DNA of 60,370 bases, filler included, from Hausera hauseri (GCA_046269625.1; 11 parts of 11 records of this genome joined end to end with filler, not necessarily neighbours in it); one strand, 5' to 3'. Positions 1 to 14,049 are shown, numbered from the whole stretch's first letter. Numbers and translations: made by a program. The notes: generated from the letters alone by a model not told the origin.

Positions 1-559
1 TATATTTCCTCGGTTGGAGATTGGTTACTGCAATGATCCCGATATTTATAGCTACCACCAATAGACTTAAAAAGTGTACTCTATGATTTCTAGTACATCA
101 TTCCCCTTACACAGACACATCGTCATTGCGCGGTATAGTCAATAATATGCAATAGTTTCATTGAAACAGTAGACACATATTTACGTAAACCATACGCAGA
201 TAATACGTTATCAGATATCTGTGGTAATCTCAACTGATCAAGATAAAACGATTGTGGTGGTTTTATGTCAGCTAACTGCCATAACTTTTTATGAATGCTT
301 TGATCAAATGCAGTACCCGATAGATGTACTTCAGCGGCATATTTTTTGGTACATTTATTTGTATTTAAATTGAAGTTGTTATGTTGTGAGAATGAAAACA
401 TAATTTTCGACTTTGTTTGTGAATGTAGGACGAAATTGGTCATGTGAAAGTTTTTGTAACCATATTTATTGATGTGTTTATTTGACCCCATTGTAAATGT
501 CAGTTGAAATTGAAAATTGAAGATACTGACTTGAAGATACTTGTGATAATTGTGGAATG

Positions 560-1720
560 AAAATACCAATCACCAATGGGTAGATTCTGTATGTGTCATA
601 TTTTGTCATAGACTGATCAAACAAGGTCAGGAATTGTTTTAATCCAATTTGATAAATTCGGTTGACAGGTTCTCGAGTTGCAATTGGTCTGTATTCTTCT
701 CGAACAGTTTTAACTTCTTTTTCTCTTTCGCAAGTCGGAGCCAACTGATTACTCACTTCTTGTGCAGTCACTTTAGTATTATTCAGGACATCCAACAAAT
801 TCTGATCATCCACCAGAGAACCTTGTATTTGCTAGACGTTCTAGTAAACTGTCTTCTAAATCTTGCATTCGTCTTTTGTAGTCAGTCATGTTTTAACAAT
901 TTCAATACGAGATTTTTCTAATTCCGCTTTTTCAGTTTCAATAACACACCCAATAAGCTGGTCTTCTAAACCTTTTGGAACCCTATGTAGCAATAATTCC
1001 ATTCTGTATGGACAATTCGTCATTAAGGTAGTCCTTGATTGCACAACGTTTGCTGATAATTTAACACGAAAGTCTTAATTAAAAGGTCCTGTATACGAAA
1101 GGAATGTTATTCATAGTGAAACATCTTCCACCAATTGTTTCGTCTGATCTTTTAATAATTTGCTTTGCTCTGTCCATCGAATCTTTGTCACCACATAAAC
1201 CACCAATTAAATGTTCAGCTGCATTCATACGATGTCGACATGATTCTTCATCATCGGCCAGTTCCTGTTTCCTTTTCATTGCAGCTTCATATTGAACTCT
1301 GACGATTGCTAACGAATCCTCCTTTTCTTTAAATAAAGTTTCGGCCTTTTCTAAATCCTCAATTGCCGATCTCCATTTCATATGGAGTCAATAAGTCAAA
1401 CATCTCTTCATTAATCAGGAATCTAAAAAATTTAAGAGATTATTAAAAATGTACTCTGTGCCATCATTTTCAATGATTCTGACAAACTGGGTTTCATACA
1501 TGAACGATCAGGATCTCCAGTTATCGTATCTAACCCTCTCTGAAAGACAATCAAAATGCAATTTATTATTCTCATAATTAGGTGGGGTGATTTGGTCAAT
1601 TTTCTGATTGTTGACATATCAGCTGGTTTTGTTATATTAATAGTTTCTTCTGTTTCATGGAAAGCAGGTTTTGCATCTTCGTTATTTACTTCGTTGAGTT
1701 GCATTTTCCAACATGCCACC
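560..1720 (-). pseudogene. Axonemal outer-arm dynein heavy chain (DNAH5/DNAH8-like) fragment, stalk to AAA5 region, with frameshifts and internal deletions
   Basis: Peptides KPADMSTIRKLTKSPHLIMRII, QYEAAMKRKQELADD..CRHRMNAAEHLIGGLCGDK, GLP.DELSIQNGII, GLEDQLIGCVIETEKAELEK, GSLVDDQNLLDVLNNTKVTAQEV and REEYRPIATR occur in the expected order but in shifting frames. Confidence 0.85.
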
Positions 1721-4305
1721 ACAATCCAACCGTTGATCATAGTCAATGAGTAGATCACAATAAAGCGGCAAATCATAGTCAAGTGGCACATAATTAGTCG
1801 TCGTTCAAAAAGGGAAGAAAATAAAAAGGAACTGTTGAGAGTGGTATGCTGAATTTCGGAGGATTTGTTCAATCTAATGATCAGGTTTACGTAACGTTTA
1901 CCGTCTTGCTTAATGAGCGCAGTATCAGAGGAGGAGACTACGACATTGCCGTTGCAATTTACGACCCTAATAATGAGAAAAGTGTTTTATAAACAACCCG
2001 GAAGTGAAGGGAATATCAAGGCCATTGTACCGTCAAATAATTACAGTAAGGACTACTATATTTGCCTCGCTAACCAGTATTCCAGCTAAAATTTAGAGAT
2101 GTTCATCATTGTTAATTCCGAATCTTCAAGTCAAACACTTTTAATCACTGGATATGGCCCAGTCACAACGTCTTCAGAGAATTAGATTTAATAAACATCA
2201 CATTGTTTAATATCTGAGTCACTAATATAAGTGGAACAACACCAAGAAAAGAAACGGGGTGTTAAATCTATTAATCTGCTGCAGACAGTTTCCAGTTTTA
2301 CCCGTGCTCCAACAGACAAAACGCCAGCAGATTACACTCATATTATTACCCTAGTGCACTATCCGGAGCTGTACATCTGAAATTATTTGATATCGAAACC
2401 CGAATTTGCACCGTACCAACAAATGAAACATTTATCCAAGAAAGGAACTGATTATCGAATTACATGGAATGACAATATTTTAATTATTATATCTTAATTT
2501 ACAAGCTTTTGAAAGTGTCGGTAAAAATCTAACGTGATATTTTCAAATTCAACCGGGAAATAACAGCGGATAAAAACAACAATTTCAATAATCGATATTC
2601 ATTATAAATATGCAGGTATAAACAAATACAAAATGGATTCTGAGTTACACTTATCACATTTCATCACACTATCAATAAAAATTAAATAAAAATTATGAAG
2701 TGGTATTTCAGACAGATCTTTTTCAATGTTTGACTTAAACGTCGTTTGGTGGTCGGTTTTGGAATTTTTCAAATACTGATTACCGTTTGTTGACTTACAA
2801 TTCAATTGTTGAATCAACCGAGATTTGTGAATAACAGTATCGAAGCTCTGTATAATTGACTCAACAATCTCAACGAAACTTATTGGAGTGAGACTGACTC
2901 ATGTGCTGCACAGTCCACTAAGGTGACCGGGAAGAGATGTGTCAATGTGCTATCGTGTATGTATATATGTAAATAAAAAATTGATTTAATAATCGATTAA
3001 AATAAATTCTCAACTACAATAAGTTCTTTATTCATTTATTCATTTTGGAATTAATAATGACAGATATACATGAACTATTTCGTTACGAATTTTCACAATA
3101 GTGCTCCTTGCCGATTGCAATTGTAAATAACATTTATGAATTATAGATATCATGCGGATTGCGGATTTAAACTGACGTGAATTGTTGATTTCATGTGCAT
3201 TTGTCTTTTGTTAAATATGAAAATCGTAGAACATTAATTTTCAGTCTTTCATTTTAAGCACAGCCTCCAAGAGGCCTTGAGTTTGGAGAGACAACTCAAA
3301 GTTAGGGACAAGGGGAACCATTCCCACTTACAGGGCTGGCGGATACAGAGACCTTGAGAAAAATACACAAAACATATAGAGGAATAGGGGGATTAGCAGT
3401 AGCACATCATTACAGTAGCAACTGGTCAAGGAGTGTAAGTGCTTAAAGACACACAGTTACCCACCTACGGTCCCACTGGTTCGCACAAAACAAATTTCCT
3501 AAGAAAATTTGTATATTTTTAAAGAATACGGTATAATGTTATAAATTGAGAACATTAAAAAAGTTACATAATCGTCGAACATTAATTGAATTATGCCTGA
3601 CATTCAAATGAACTCTTTTTCTGATGGAATGTTAAATGAATTGCGCTTGGCAGTCAGACTAATTATATTCATCTTGATGAAACATTTCAATGTTTCGTGA
3701 GATATCCCAATATAATTCAATTTTAAACAAACTAGAATGATTGAATTTTATCATGATCTTGTGTAAAGTTTGACATGGTCATTTTTAGTTCTTTAATTTC
3801 CACGACGCTTGTGTGGTCTGTTACTGGTACAAATACGGATTGTACTATGATAAAAGAGAGAATAACAGCGATACATAAAAAGAAAACTAAAACAGAAAGT
3901 TCTATATTTTTAACATGCGGTCATAGTTGCATGATAGTTGTAAATCTTATTTATTATTTTTATTCTTTTGTATTACCGAACCCTATTATTTATTTTAAAC
4001 CTTATTTTATGTTGATTAAAAAACAAATTTTTTTGTCTTTGACTTTTCTTGATTTATACATAGAAAAGGGTGGATTATTTAATAACAAACGAATTTAAAT
4101 GCGGATTGGCACTTGACGTTTTATCGTACATCATCTTCCAACAAATTGTAACCGAGGTTTGAAATATAACTTATTTAATATAGAATTTCATGTCAACCTC
4201 TGTTTATTGAAAATACTCGGTGATTTTGATTATTATTTATTCCTAGGTCATCACTGCAACAGTGTATAAATTAACTTATCATTAAAACTAGGACCCCGCT
4301 TTTGG

Positions 4306-4405
4306 NNNNNNNNNNNNNNNNNNNNNNNNNNNNNNNNNNNNNNNNNNNNTTAATTAATTAANNNNNNNNNNNNNNNNNNNNNNNNNNNNNNNNNNNNNNN
4401 NNNNN
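4306..4405. other. Artificial contig linker (44N-TTAATTAATTAA-44N). Also at 9454, 14357, 18915, 28549, 34136, 38454, 43440, 49961 and 54359
   Basis: The same 100-bp six-frame-stop spacer occurs ten times. Confidence 0.99.
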
Positions 4406-5110
4406 ATATTCCTGTAATTGTTTATTAGCAATGACTAATTTTGGTTAGAGGTTGTCAGATGAAATACTGAATAATTCCAAATCAATCAACCGGAATTACA
4501 ATTGTTAAAATGTGCATTTGAAAATGGTATTACAAAATTAGAAATTTCAAACATTTCTCAAAACAAGGGCAATACAATTTCTATGTTAAAGACACATTTT
4601 CAAATAGAGAACCCACCTCCATATAATTTAGTAAACATGTATAAATCAAGTATTGAATCTTCCAATATCACGTGTCAGAAATAAATAAATTAATGAATTA
4701 CAGAAATAAAATTTTTGTATGATTTTCAAATAAATCTAAAGAAATACTTTCTTGCTACAACTTACCAAAAGATAAAAATAATTTAATAATATTTGATGAT
4801 GTTATAAGTCTTAAAAATTAAATTTATTGAAAAGCAACTTTTCAAGAAGATATAATAGTTATAATGTAATACACATTTCTCAAAATTATTATGGATTATA
4901 CAAAATTCAATAAGAAATAATAGTAATTGTTTGACCTTTTCAAAACTAAATATGAGATAAAGATTTAATATTTAGTGATTTATTTACTTTCACTGATAAA
5001 TCTAGTACCGAACAATCCATTTTAAATCATAGAGATAAGAAATATAACTGCATTTATTTTTGTAGAGATGAAGGAATTCTTACAAAAATTGTTTTAATAA
5101 AATAACTTTC
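4406..5110 (+). pseudogene. Polinton/Maverick A32-like DNA-packaging ATPase remnant
   Basis: SKSINQPELQLLKCAFENG, Walker B LPKDKNNLIIFDD (~4762-4800), then NVIHISQNYY and SIRNNSN across frameshifts. Confidence 0.75.
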
Positions 5111-5250
5111 AGGCTGTAATTTATGGGTTAAAAACATTGTTTATAAAAATGGAAATAAAAGTGAGAAGCTTGCAACAATATTTTCAAAACTCTTCAAGCC
5201 TTAGGATCACATATGAGATGTAAACAAAAAAATAGTAGAGTTAAAAGATT

Positions 5251-5341
5251 AGTAGTTGTAAAAGGACTGGATGCGCTCGGCCCCTAATATTTTTAAAGAA
5301 AATTTAAGACACCGACTTCATCCAGTCCTTTTACAACTACT
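5251..5341. repeat. 91-bp element bounded by perfect 23-bp inverted repeats starting AGTAGT
   Basis: agtagttgtaaaaggactggatg (5251-5273) is the exact reverse complement of catccagtccttttacaactact (5319-5341). Confidence 0.9.
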
Positions 5342-5544
5342 CACAACATTATAAAATGTATGCAATAAAAATAAGTTCAAATAATTCAGATTGTAAGTTT
5401 TGTGTTTCAGGACGCATAATAAAATCAGATAATAAATACATCTGGAGTGAATGCACACTTTTTACATGTATAAATATAATTTTTATATCGTATCTGGTGC
5501 AACAGCTGCGAATCATATTAGAGAATTGAAATGCGCATTCACAT

Positions 5545-5690
5545 GCTGCGTAACAGCATCAGGCGCAGCATCATCATGCGCAGCAGCGTCAGGCGCAGCA
5601 GTATCAGGCGCAGCAGCAGCAGGCGCAGCAGCATCATGCGCAGAAGTATCAGGCGCAGCAGCATTAGGCCCGGTCACATCAGGCACAGTG
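5545..5690 (+). repeat. Degenerate 15-bp GCA-rich tandem repeat (catcaggcgcagcag), Ala/Ser/Gly-rich if translated
   Basis: Directly visible; lies just upstream of the PolB gene. Confidence 0.8.
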
Positions 5691-5759
5691 GCTCCATCAA
5701 AAAGCCAAAGACAGCGACCAGTTGATGCGGCAGCATGAAAGAGAAAATGCCGTAGATAT

Positions 5760-8170
5760 TTTATTCAGGCAACTGGTCAAACAACCCTCCAAGATATCCT
5801 GTTATACACAGAGGATTTGAGATTCTTCAGGACAACATGGCTGAGCTCAAAACCCTTAAGGTGAATATGAAACTGGAGGCCACATACATCAATGTTGATG
5901 GCGAAGAATCCAATAGGGTCTTCAAGACCAAAAATAGACCCATATTGGAAAATACCAATCTAGCAGAATAGATGCAAGAGGCGCACGAGAAACTGATCCA
6001 TGAAGCTGAGGAGAGCCATGATAAGAAAAGCGGATAAACTCTGGCAACCAGCAAGAGATTGCTTATGTATGTACACAAGTACTCTCCAATACGGGGCAGT
6101 TCATATATTCAGCTTCCGGAATGGATTATAGGGAAAAATGCATGCATTCATGTCTTTAATTATGAAAACAAGTGTTTCATGTATGCCATTCTATCAAAAC
6201 TCGTACGGGATCAACATAATGCTGCATGAGTTTGGCTATATAAAAAAGTGCAGAACAACTATGACTTCCAAAGGATCAAGTTCCCATCATCTATAAATAA
6301 AGTCAAAAAATTCCGACCACTCAACAATATACCAATCAACATCATTGGATTGGATGATGAGGACAAATTCTGTGCCCTGCAAATATGTGATGTTGAATTG
6401 GAAGACCATAGGGATCTGCTCCTACTAGATGATGGGAAAAAGAAACATTATGTTTGGATAAAGAACTTTGAACTCCCAGTAAGATCCAAAATTACGAAAC
6501 ATCATGGACAAACAGAAATATGTAAGCGATGTCTGTCTGATTTCAGTGGTGATTCAGCAGTGAACAAGCTTGCTGAGCACAAAATGTACTGCAACAACAA
6601 TTACTGTATCAGGCCAGAATTTCCCAAGGAGGACTATATTGAATTCAAGGTGTTCGAGAAGCTCAAGGTCCCAATAGTTATCTATTGCGACTTTTAAGCG
6701 ATTCTGCGTCCAGTTCACAGCTGCATTTCCAGCCCTCAACATAGCAGCACAACGGCATACCAATATCATGAACTCTCATCGTATTATATGTATGCTAAAG
6801 GATTGGACAGTGAACCATATCTATTCAGAGGTCCAGGCGCAGCAGCACATTTCATGAAGAGACTTCAAGATATGGCTCATAAGCTTGAAAACATGCTTCA
6901 GCAGCAGAAGGATAATATGAGCATGTCAAGAAAACAAGATGAATGGTGCAAGAAATCAGCATGTTACTTGCGCTCCAAATCATTCACCAAGGAAAATTGG
7001 AAAATCAAGGATCACTGCCATTTTACACGTGCATATCGAGGGGGCGCATACAACAATTGCAATCTTCGCTGCAAAACATGTAAATATGTGCATGTAGTGT
7101 TCCACAATCTCAGTGGCTATGATTCCCATTTCATAGTCCGAGAATTCGGCAACATTGAAGGAAACATTGAGGTGATCCCCAACAGTGAGAAGTATATCAC
7201 ATTTACGAAGCATGTTGGGAAAATCAGGCTTTCAATCATAGACAGCTTTCGTTTCATGTCGCCTTCATTGGACAGTTTAGTGAAGAACTTCCCTGCAGAA
7301 GAACTCAAGGAAACGAAGCAATTCTTCCCCACTGCATTTGACCTCGTCAAGAGGAAAGGTGTTTCCCTATGACTATATAACTTCATTGGAAACACTGGAT
7401 GAAACCTCATTACCGGACAAGAAGGACTTTTAAAATATCCTCTCTGATTGCGATATCAATGATGCGGACTACCAACATGCCCAGAATATCTGGCATGCAT
7501 TCCAATGCCGAACATTAGGGGAATACAGCGACATATACCTCAAGATGGACGTGCTGCTGCTGACAGACGTCTGAGAGTTTCAGGGATGTTACAATGAAGA
7601 GCCATGCTTTGGATCCGGCTCATTTCTTTACGGCTCCAAAGATTAGTTGGGCAGCAGTGCTGCACTATACTGGTATTATGTTGCAAATCATTAAGGATTA
7701 TGATATAATCCTTATGATCGAGAAAGGCATTAGAGGCGGAATATGCCAGGCCATTCACCGGTATTATGAGGCCTATAACAAATACATCATACCTGGATGC
7801 TAACAACTTGTATGGATGGGCAATGAGGGTCTCATTGCCATATGATAACTTCAAATGGGTCGAGAATCCTGAACACATCCCTATATTGGACCTGGATCCC
7901 ATTGGAGATACGGGATACATACTGGAGGTACATATGGAATATCCGACTTCCATCCACACAAGGCATCAACAGCTGCCTTTCCTCCCTGAAAGCAGGCCTC
8001 CGCCCCACGGAAAGCTGAGAAAGCTGCTCTGCCATCTGAGTAAGAGAGAGGTATGTACTCCACTACATCAATCTCCAGCAAGCAGTTAGACATGGACTTC
8101 GTATTACCAAGATCCATAAAGCCCTGCAGTTCAGCCAGTCTATGTGGCTGCAGTCATACATAGATCTCAA
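5760..8170 (+). pseudogene. Protein-primed family B DNA polymerase (Polinton/adintovirus type) with endonuclease VII-like insert; frameshifted and 3'-truncated
   Basis: [103 protein letters not shown]. Confidence 0.95.
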
Positions 8171-9348
8171 TGACGCGCAAAGAATTCCAATGGAAGTTTC
8201 GATTCGAAAAACGAATAGAGCGGAAGTGTATTGTACAGTTATTAGCCCCAGAAAGCGCGTTCGCGAAATACATTATGATACAACAGTAATTAGTAAAGGT
8301 ACATTTCCGAGAGGCCGGGACATCAAACTTGTCCAAGTTGAGTGGGAACAATGTTTATACGGATATATCCTAACTGGATGTCTCATCGATAAGATTGTCG
8401 AATTCTTTGAGATACCCATTTCAAGCATCGCAGGAATGCGTGAAATAGGGACACATCCAATAGTCGCCGAACATACTAAGCGGACATTGCGAGAAAGAGG
8501 TTACTATACGGCAAAGATTATGGATGAATACTTCAAGATAATAGTTGATGTCATGAACAGTAAACATGTTAAAATGAGCAAACTGTTGACCGCAAGCCAG
8601 CGTACTAAATACTTGCGCGACATCTATGTAACTTTAAAATGGGACCATGAATGGACACCTGATAACCGAGAACAAAATTTGCGAAGTTCATCAGAACCAG
8701 AAAGTATAAACAAAATTTATCGAAAACAGTACCATTCATATTCTCCATGTAGAATCGTTAAACCTATAAGACAGGATGATATAAAGATAACCATTAGGAA
8801 ATCCGATCAACCATGTGCCAATATGCCCAGCACCAGTTATGGATCCCACGTCAAACCAATTGCAGAAGTGAAATCTACAATGAAAAAGATAGATGCAATC
8901 GAGACATTTAAAGTACCCAAAATTCCACCGAAAAATCAGAAAGCTGGAACACAAATTTCCTCGATTAAAAGAAAATTATCCCGCTATGATTACTTGTTTA
9001 GGAAGAAAAAAAAGACGGTAAAGTTAGTTACCAATAAAATTGAAGAGACTTGAAAATTTGGAGATAAAAGGAAAAATGCAAACGACGTCTACAAATAATC
9101 AACAGATGAATCGGGCCCTAGAAATAGGAAAAAGGAAATCGATATCGAAATATAAAGATCCAGAAGGCGGGTTAAAAAAATTATTCACAGAAGTAAATGT
9201 ACATAGAAAAAGAAACTGTCAGGAAGATGTGAACTTTGCAACGACTAAAGATTATCCAAAGATGCTAATAACTGCCGAATCTTGCAGTCAAAGAAAATTA
9301 AAGAGGCCATGTTTTCTTCAAGACCACACAAGCAAGAGAAGTTTATGA
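8170..9348 (+). pseudogene. 3' part of the retroelement DEDDh-fold accessory ORF (paralog of 27092-28548) joined to the truncated PolB
   Basis: Close nucleotide and protein match to 27783-28548 ([46 protein letters not shown]). Confidence 0.9.
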
Positions 9349-9553
9349 AAACACCTACATTTGGGAAACCCCTAAAATAGGAAAGTATATCGCATCCATT
9401 TTTCAGTCGAAAAGAAAGGGTAAGTTAGCCGTACCAGTGGACAAACAAATGAANNNNNNNNNNNNNNNNNNNNNNNNNNNNNNNNNNNNNNNNNNNNTTA
9501 ATTAATTAANNNNNNNNNNNNNNNNNNNNNNNNNNNNNNNNNNNNNNNNNNNN

Positions 9554-9759
9554 TGATGACATTCATCTCCATCTCCAGGACAAATTTTGTCTTCATCACG
9601 CAAATACTCTTCAATACAAACTGAACAAAACCCACAACCACAAGGTGAGACGCATGAATCAATTAACACTTGGTGACAAATTGTACATTTGAGATAATCT
9701 TGTACAGGCGAAATAAATTTAATATCAAAGTTTCGCCGAATTTCGAAAATTGTATTCAT
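9554..9759 (-). CDS. TRAF-like N-terminal RING finger (5' part of a probable host gene, cut by contig end)
   Basis: FISPVQDYLKCTICHQVLIDSCVSPCGCGFCSVCIEEYL....ICPGD matches the TRAF RING pattern. Confidence 0.7.
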
Positions 9760-10709
9760 TTCCGGAAGATTTTAAAAACAAATTTCAAATTGAAAATTGA
9801 AAACTTGGATAATTCTAGTTTATTAAAATGCCGGTAATTATTTTGACTATATAGTTTTATGATTAAGGGTTAATTTGCCGAGTAAATTTATGAAACGGTA
9901 CTTATGTAGTATCATTCTCATTCAGAAATCAAAAATCACTGAAAAAAATCTTAAATCGAATTTCAAAGTTGACAATGGAATACTTGTGAATATGCATTCA
10001 GATACGAACTTTATCAATAAATAATTATTCATTGAAACAGTATGTAGCATATATAGTTGTCCATTGGATGAATACGACATGTAGCATTAATCCGGTATAT
10101 TAATCGAATGTTTATTTAATTTTAATTATTTATATAATACATAAAATAAAGAATCAGATAAAATCAAATGAAAGAAGTATCTAATTGATAGTAGGTGATT
10201 TTATTTAGACTATTCAGTTACAATAATTTACAAGGGAACTATCATTGTAGCGACCAATTTTCAACCAGGAATATGTTTATGTTGGAAATGTGAATATGTT
10301 TTATATGCTATTTCTATCATTTGCAATTTTAGAAATAGCGATATTACTTGAGGAAAACAATTAAAAACTCACCATTCTGCGAAGTGATTTCTGAAATAAT
10401 GAAGACTATCTTTATCGATTTTTAAAAATTCAAAATTTGAATTTATTGATTTTTAAGTTGAAAGTTTAGAAGTGTTAAAAATTAATAAGAAAAATTGCAG
10501 TTGCCTCGACAGATGTGGCTTCTTAACTGATCGGTTCACGTGTGGTGTCCTCTTTTTACCTATCTCCACTCTCCATTTACTGCTCCACCTTACAGGTATA
10601 TGCCTGCTCACTATTATGACCTTTTGTCAATCCCACTTCGGTGGAGCACAATCAGGCGATCGGTCTTTTTGCTGGGTTTCGCCCTGCTACATCCAGCTTT
10701 TCTCATCAC

Positions 10710-11260
10710 AACTCTTGGACCTGTCAAAAACTCTCATGTATGAATTCCATTACAATGTAATGAAATTACGATATCAGCATCAGATACAATTATTGTACAT
10801 AAACACAAATTCCTTTATCTATCATACACAGACTGATGACATATTCGTAGATTTTATGGATTTGGCTTCTTACTTTGATACTTCCGATTACCAAAGAGAT
10901 CACATGAATTATTCATAGCAAACAAGAAATTATTGGGCAAATTGAAGGATAAAGTCAGTAGCAAAATAATAAGAAAATTTTTTGGATTGCGATCTAAAAT
11001 GTATGCTGTGGATGTAGAAGGACATGTTAAAAAACGACCAAAAGGCGTACTGACGGCAACACATGCCAATCATATAACATTTGAAGATTACGTGGATTGC
11101 CTAAGGAACGAAACGATGCTCTTTTCATCTATGAAGTCCATCCGATTTCAACGGCATTTTGACACAACAGTTGACCAGAACAAGAAATCCCTCAATCCTT
11201 TTGTGACAGGCGACTAATTTTACATAACGGCACATGTACGCAAGCCCATGAACACTGTGA
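10710..11260 (+). pseudogene. Protein-primed PolB C-terminal fragment
   Basis: LDLSKTLMYEFHYN, LLYINTNSFIY (degenerate YxDTDS), FDTSDY, GKLKDK, FFGLRSKMYA, KKSLNPF. Confidence 0.92.
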
Positions 11261-11549
11261 TTTTCATCATCATCATCATCAACAACAACAAAATAACCTG
11301 ACTGATGAGTTTTCCTTTCTTCTGTGTATCTTATTTTATGTGTACTGTTTATTATGACCCTTACTGTCAGATAGTTTGGAGAAAATGGTGTTGTCCGAAA
11401 CCGGGTCATGGAAATTTTTTCAAATTTTTGTTCTAGTGAGATAGGTGGGGAAATGGTGTTGTCTGTGCTCACAAACGTTAGAAATGCTATCATGTTATAA
11501 AATATCATGCATACGACATGATTTGCTCTTAAAATGCTTACATGTCAAA

Positions 11550-11987
11550 CAACAATCACGTGGCAGTCACGTGATACACCCACGCATCACGCGCAGCACG
11601 TGATCAAATTCACGTGAATGTCACGTGATTCGCAAAACGATGAGCGCCTTTGCTTTAACACATTTCATGCGGTGACACAGGCCCGACCTCTTCTTTTTGA
11701 CCGACTTTCCGCCTTACCAATTCACCTAACCCACACGTTATGTACATCATTCGAACGCCCGTATTTGAAACTAAAATTCTACCCATCTATGTCTGTTCAA
11801 ATTTTGCTTCTGGAAGAAATTGCTTTTATTCTTTTGCATTTCCTGGCTTTGCTTTTAGTGCTGCGGCGATGTATTGTGCACCATCGAACTCGGCGTGTGC
11901 CATTTAACCGAAAACCACATGGCTCGCGCGTGATTCGCGTGGGAGGAACCCCCTTCTTTAAGCTAAAACTCTCTTCCCCCCCATACT
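11550..11987. mobile_element. Putative Polinton-type right terminus with a CACGTG-rich subterminal region, ending ...CCCCCCATACT
   Basis: Lies downstream of the PolB end. Its reverse complement AGTATGGGG..AAGAGAGT..GGGGGTTCCTCCCACGC resembles the 14050 terminus. AT-rich DNA resumes after it. Confidence 0.55.
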
Positions 11988-13677
11988 GGGGAGAAATTGA
12001 AGAAGTGCAAAATGACGTAACATTTAGAATCTTGTACTACGTAATTATTACTCATTGTAAAATATTGTACTTGTAGAACTAGTAAAACTGTGACTTGTAG
12101 TTAGTTCTTAGCATATTTCATAATATGATAGCCACGCGTACTTCGCAGAAGTGATGATTTGTAAAATAGTTGAAAAGTAATAAATAATTATTTAAAATTG
12201 TGCAGTTTTATGTTGGAAAATAACATGAAATTTACTAATTTGTACAATGTATCACGAATCACATATTATGTAATCCGTTTATGACAATCACTGTATTACT
12301 ACGAGAAAGTACAATTACATCATTTCCGTCAATCGGTACACATGGGAAATAATAAAAATACGCATATATAGTACAATTATGAATATATTTCAAATTGTAT
12401 CGACAGAAATTTTCTCAATAAAAAATGTACATTCCAAAGAGGGTATTCGTATTTGTTACCATGGTAACGATTGAAATGACATCGATACTTTTAACATTCG
12501 GTCAAACTGTTCATTGGGAGTTTAATGGAAACAGAAATGTGAATATTCCGAATTTTACTCGGCAATACTCGATCAAGTACAACTCATGAATGTCATTGTA
12601 CAGAACAATTTATCCAATCAATAGAATTGCGTAACTACCATCAAAAATGTGTTTAATCAATAATGAAATCAGGAAGTTGTCGGAAACATGTAAAGCATAT
12701 TACGGATACGGTAAAAAGACAAACGAATTAAAAAGTATATAATTCTAAATAGATTATTATTATGAAAATCTCCATAGAAATTATCAAACTGCACAGAAAT
12801 AACTTGTGTGTATTTACCAATCAATAAATCATCATATGATATGTTATGAAAAATTAAAACATTCTACCGAATACGTACAACGGAAAAGTACATGTAAAAA
12901 TCTATACTCAGTCAACTACATGAAAATTCTAACTCAACTCCCCAATTGGGGCAGCCTGTAACCACATATCCAATGAGAAATCATATAATTCCGATGAAAC
13001 GGACACTTTGTATGGTGTTGGATTCAACGCACGTTTATGATCGGACCTGAGAGTTGCCAGTGACGTTTTAGCTTCCTGTCTCATTTGATCGAGTGACGGA
13101 CATGTTGTAATTTGCTAAATGACTTGTTAAATGGATTCATTTTCAATAATTTTATAATCGATAACAAATCAATAATTTAGTTGAAAATATTTGATAAAAA
13201 ATAATATAAGTACAACATTTCATTTCGATATCAAAAATGTTGTTGTTGTGTGACGTGTGTTTGCAATTCAAATTTTTAGTCATTGACATGATAATTATGT
13301 ATCGGAATTTGTCGACATGATGAATAATAAATAACAAATAATAAACGAACGAAACAAGTCATATTTACTCATCTCATATTTCGTTAACATAATCAGTAAA
13401 AATAAACAAACAAAATGGAGACTCAAACAAAAGTCAATATTCATTTTACACACAAATCACTCGATTATGTAATATATGGGCATTTATTAAAATGACTTAC
13501 TAAATACGTTGTAGAATTACAAAATCCTTTGATAATCATAATCAATAAATAATAAATCATTCTAACAATTAACAACAGCAGAGGAATTTTGAAATTCTCG
13601 TTTCTTCTTTCAACCGATATTTTACTGAAGTCTAATTTCATGTTATGTACGTCAAAGGTACAATGTATATTCGTCTA

Positions 13678-14049
13678 CAGTAGAGGAAAAATTAAATGAG
13701 CAGCAACCAATTTTAATGAAAAATAATTGAAAGACAAGGTTTTTTGAATTAAAGACAAAACTAATTTATTCAAAATTAGTTATTATTATTTACAATTCAA
13801 ACGATTACATTTTCACAAATTGTAACAAGATTCGGTTACCCTAATACTTAGTATGACCACCTTGGTGGATCTTAAGTTGCTCAATACGATCAGGCATTTC
13901 ATCCACAAGTTTTTCGCACAGATCTTTGATAGAAATATCATGATTCCAAACTTCTATGGTGTCAAGGATCAGTTGTTGCTTAGTGAAGGGTTTTATTTGA
14001 GCAACTTTGCTTTTTAACACGGCCCATCGAAACTTCATGGAAACCTTTG
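13678..14049 (-). mobile_element. Tc1-like transposon 3' remnant (transposase C-terminus and terminal repeat with TA target)
   Basis: WAVLKSKV...WNHDISIKDLCEKLVDEMPDRIEQLKIHQGGHTKY (13841-14040). TA|CAGTAGAGGAAAAATTAAATGAG at 13676-13700. Confidence 0.85.

Noticed and set aside
123-470. Possible host exon(s) here and at 1900-2860, 3775-4098 and 54600-55600
   Set aside because: Protein-like stretches but no recognisable family or reliable gene model.
4306-4405. Recurrent TTAATTAATTAA palindrome within N runs
   Set aside because: Artificial six-frame-stop linker. ORFs containing X and any cross-linker synteny are artefacts.
5531-5725. Protamine-like RRSS ORF
   Set aside because: Alternative frame of the GCA-rich repeat; there is no independent support, though a viral core-protein role cannot be fully excluded.
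10514-10710. Possible solo LTR (TGTG...CACA)
   Set aside because: No target-site duplication and no second copy in the window.
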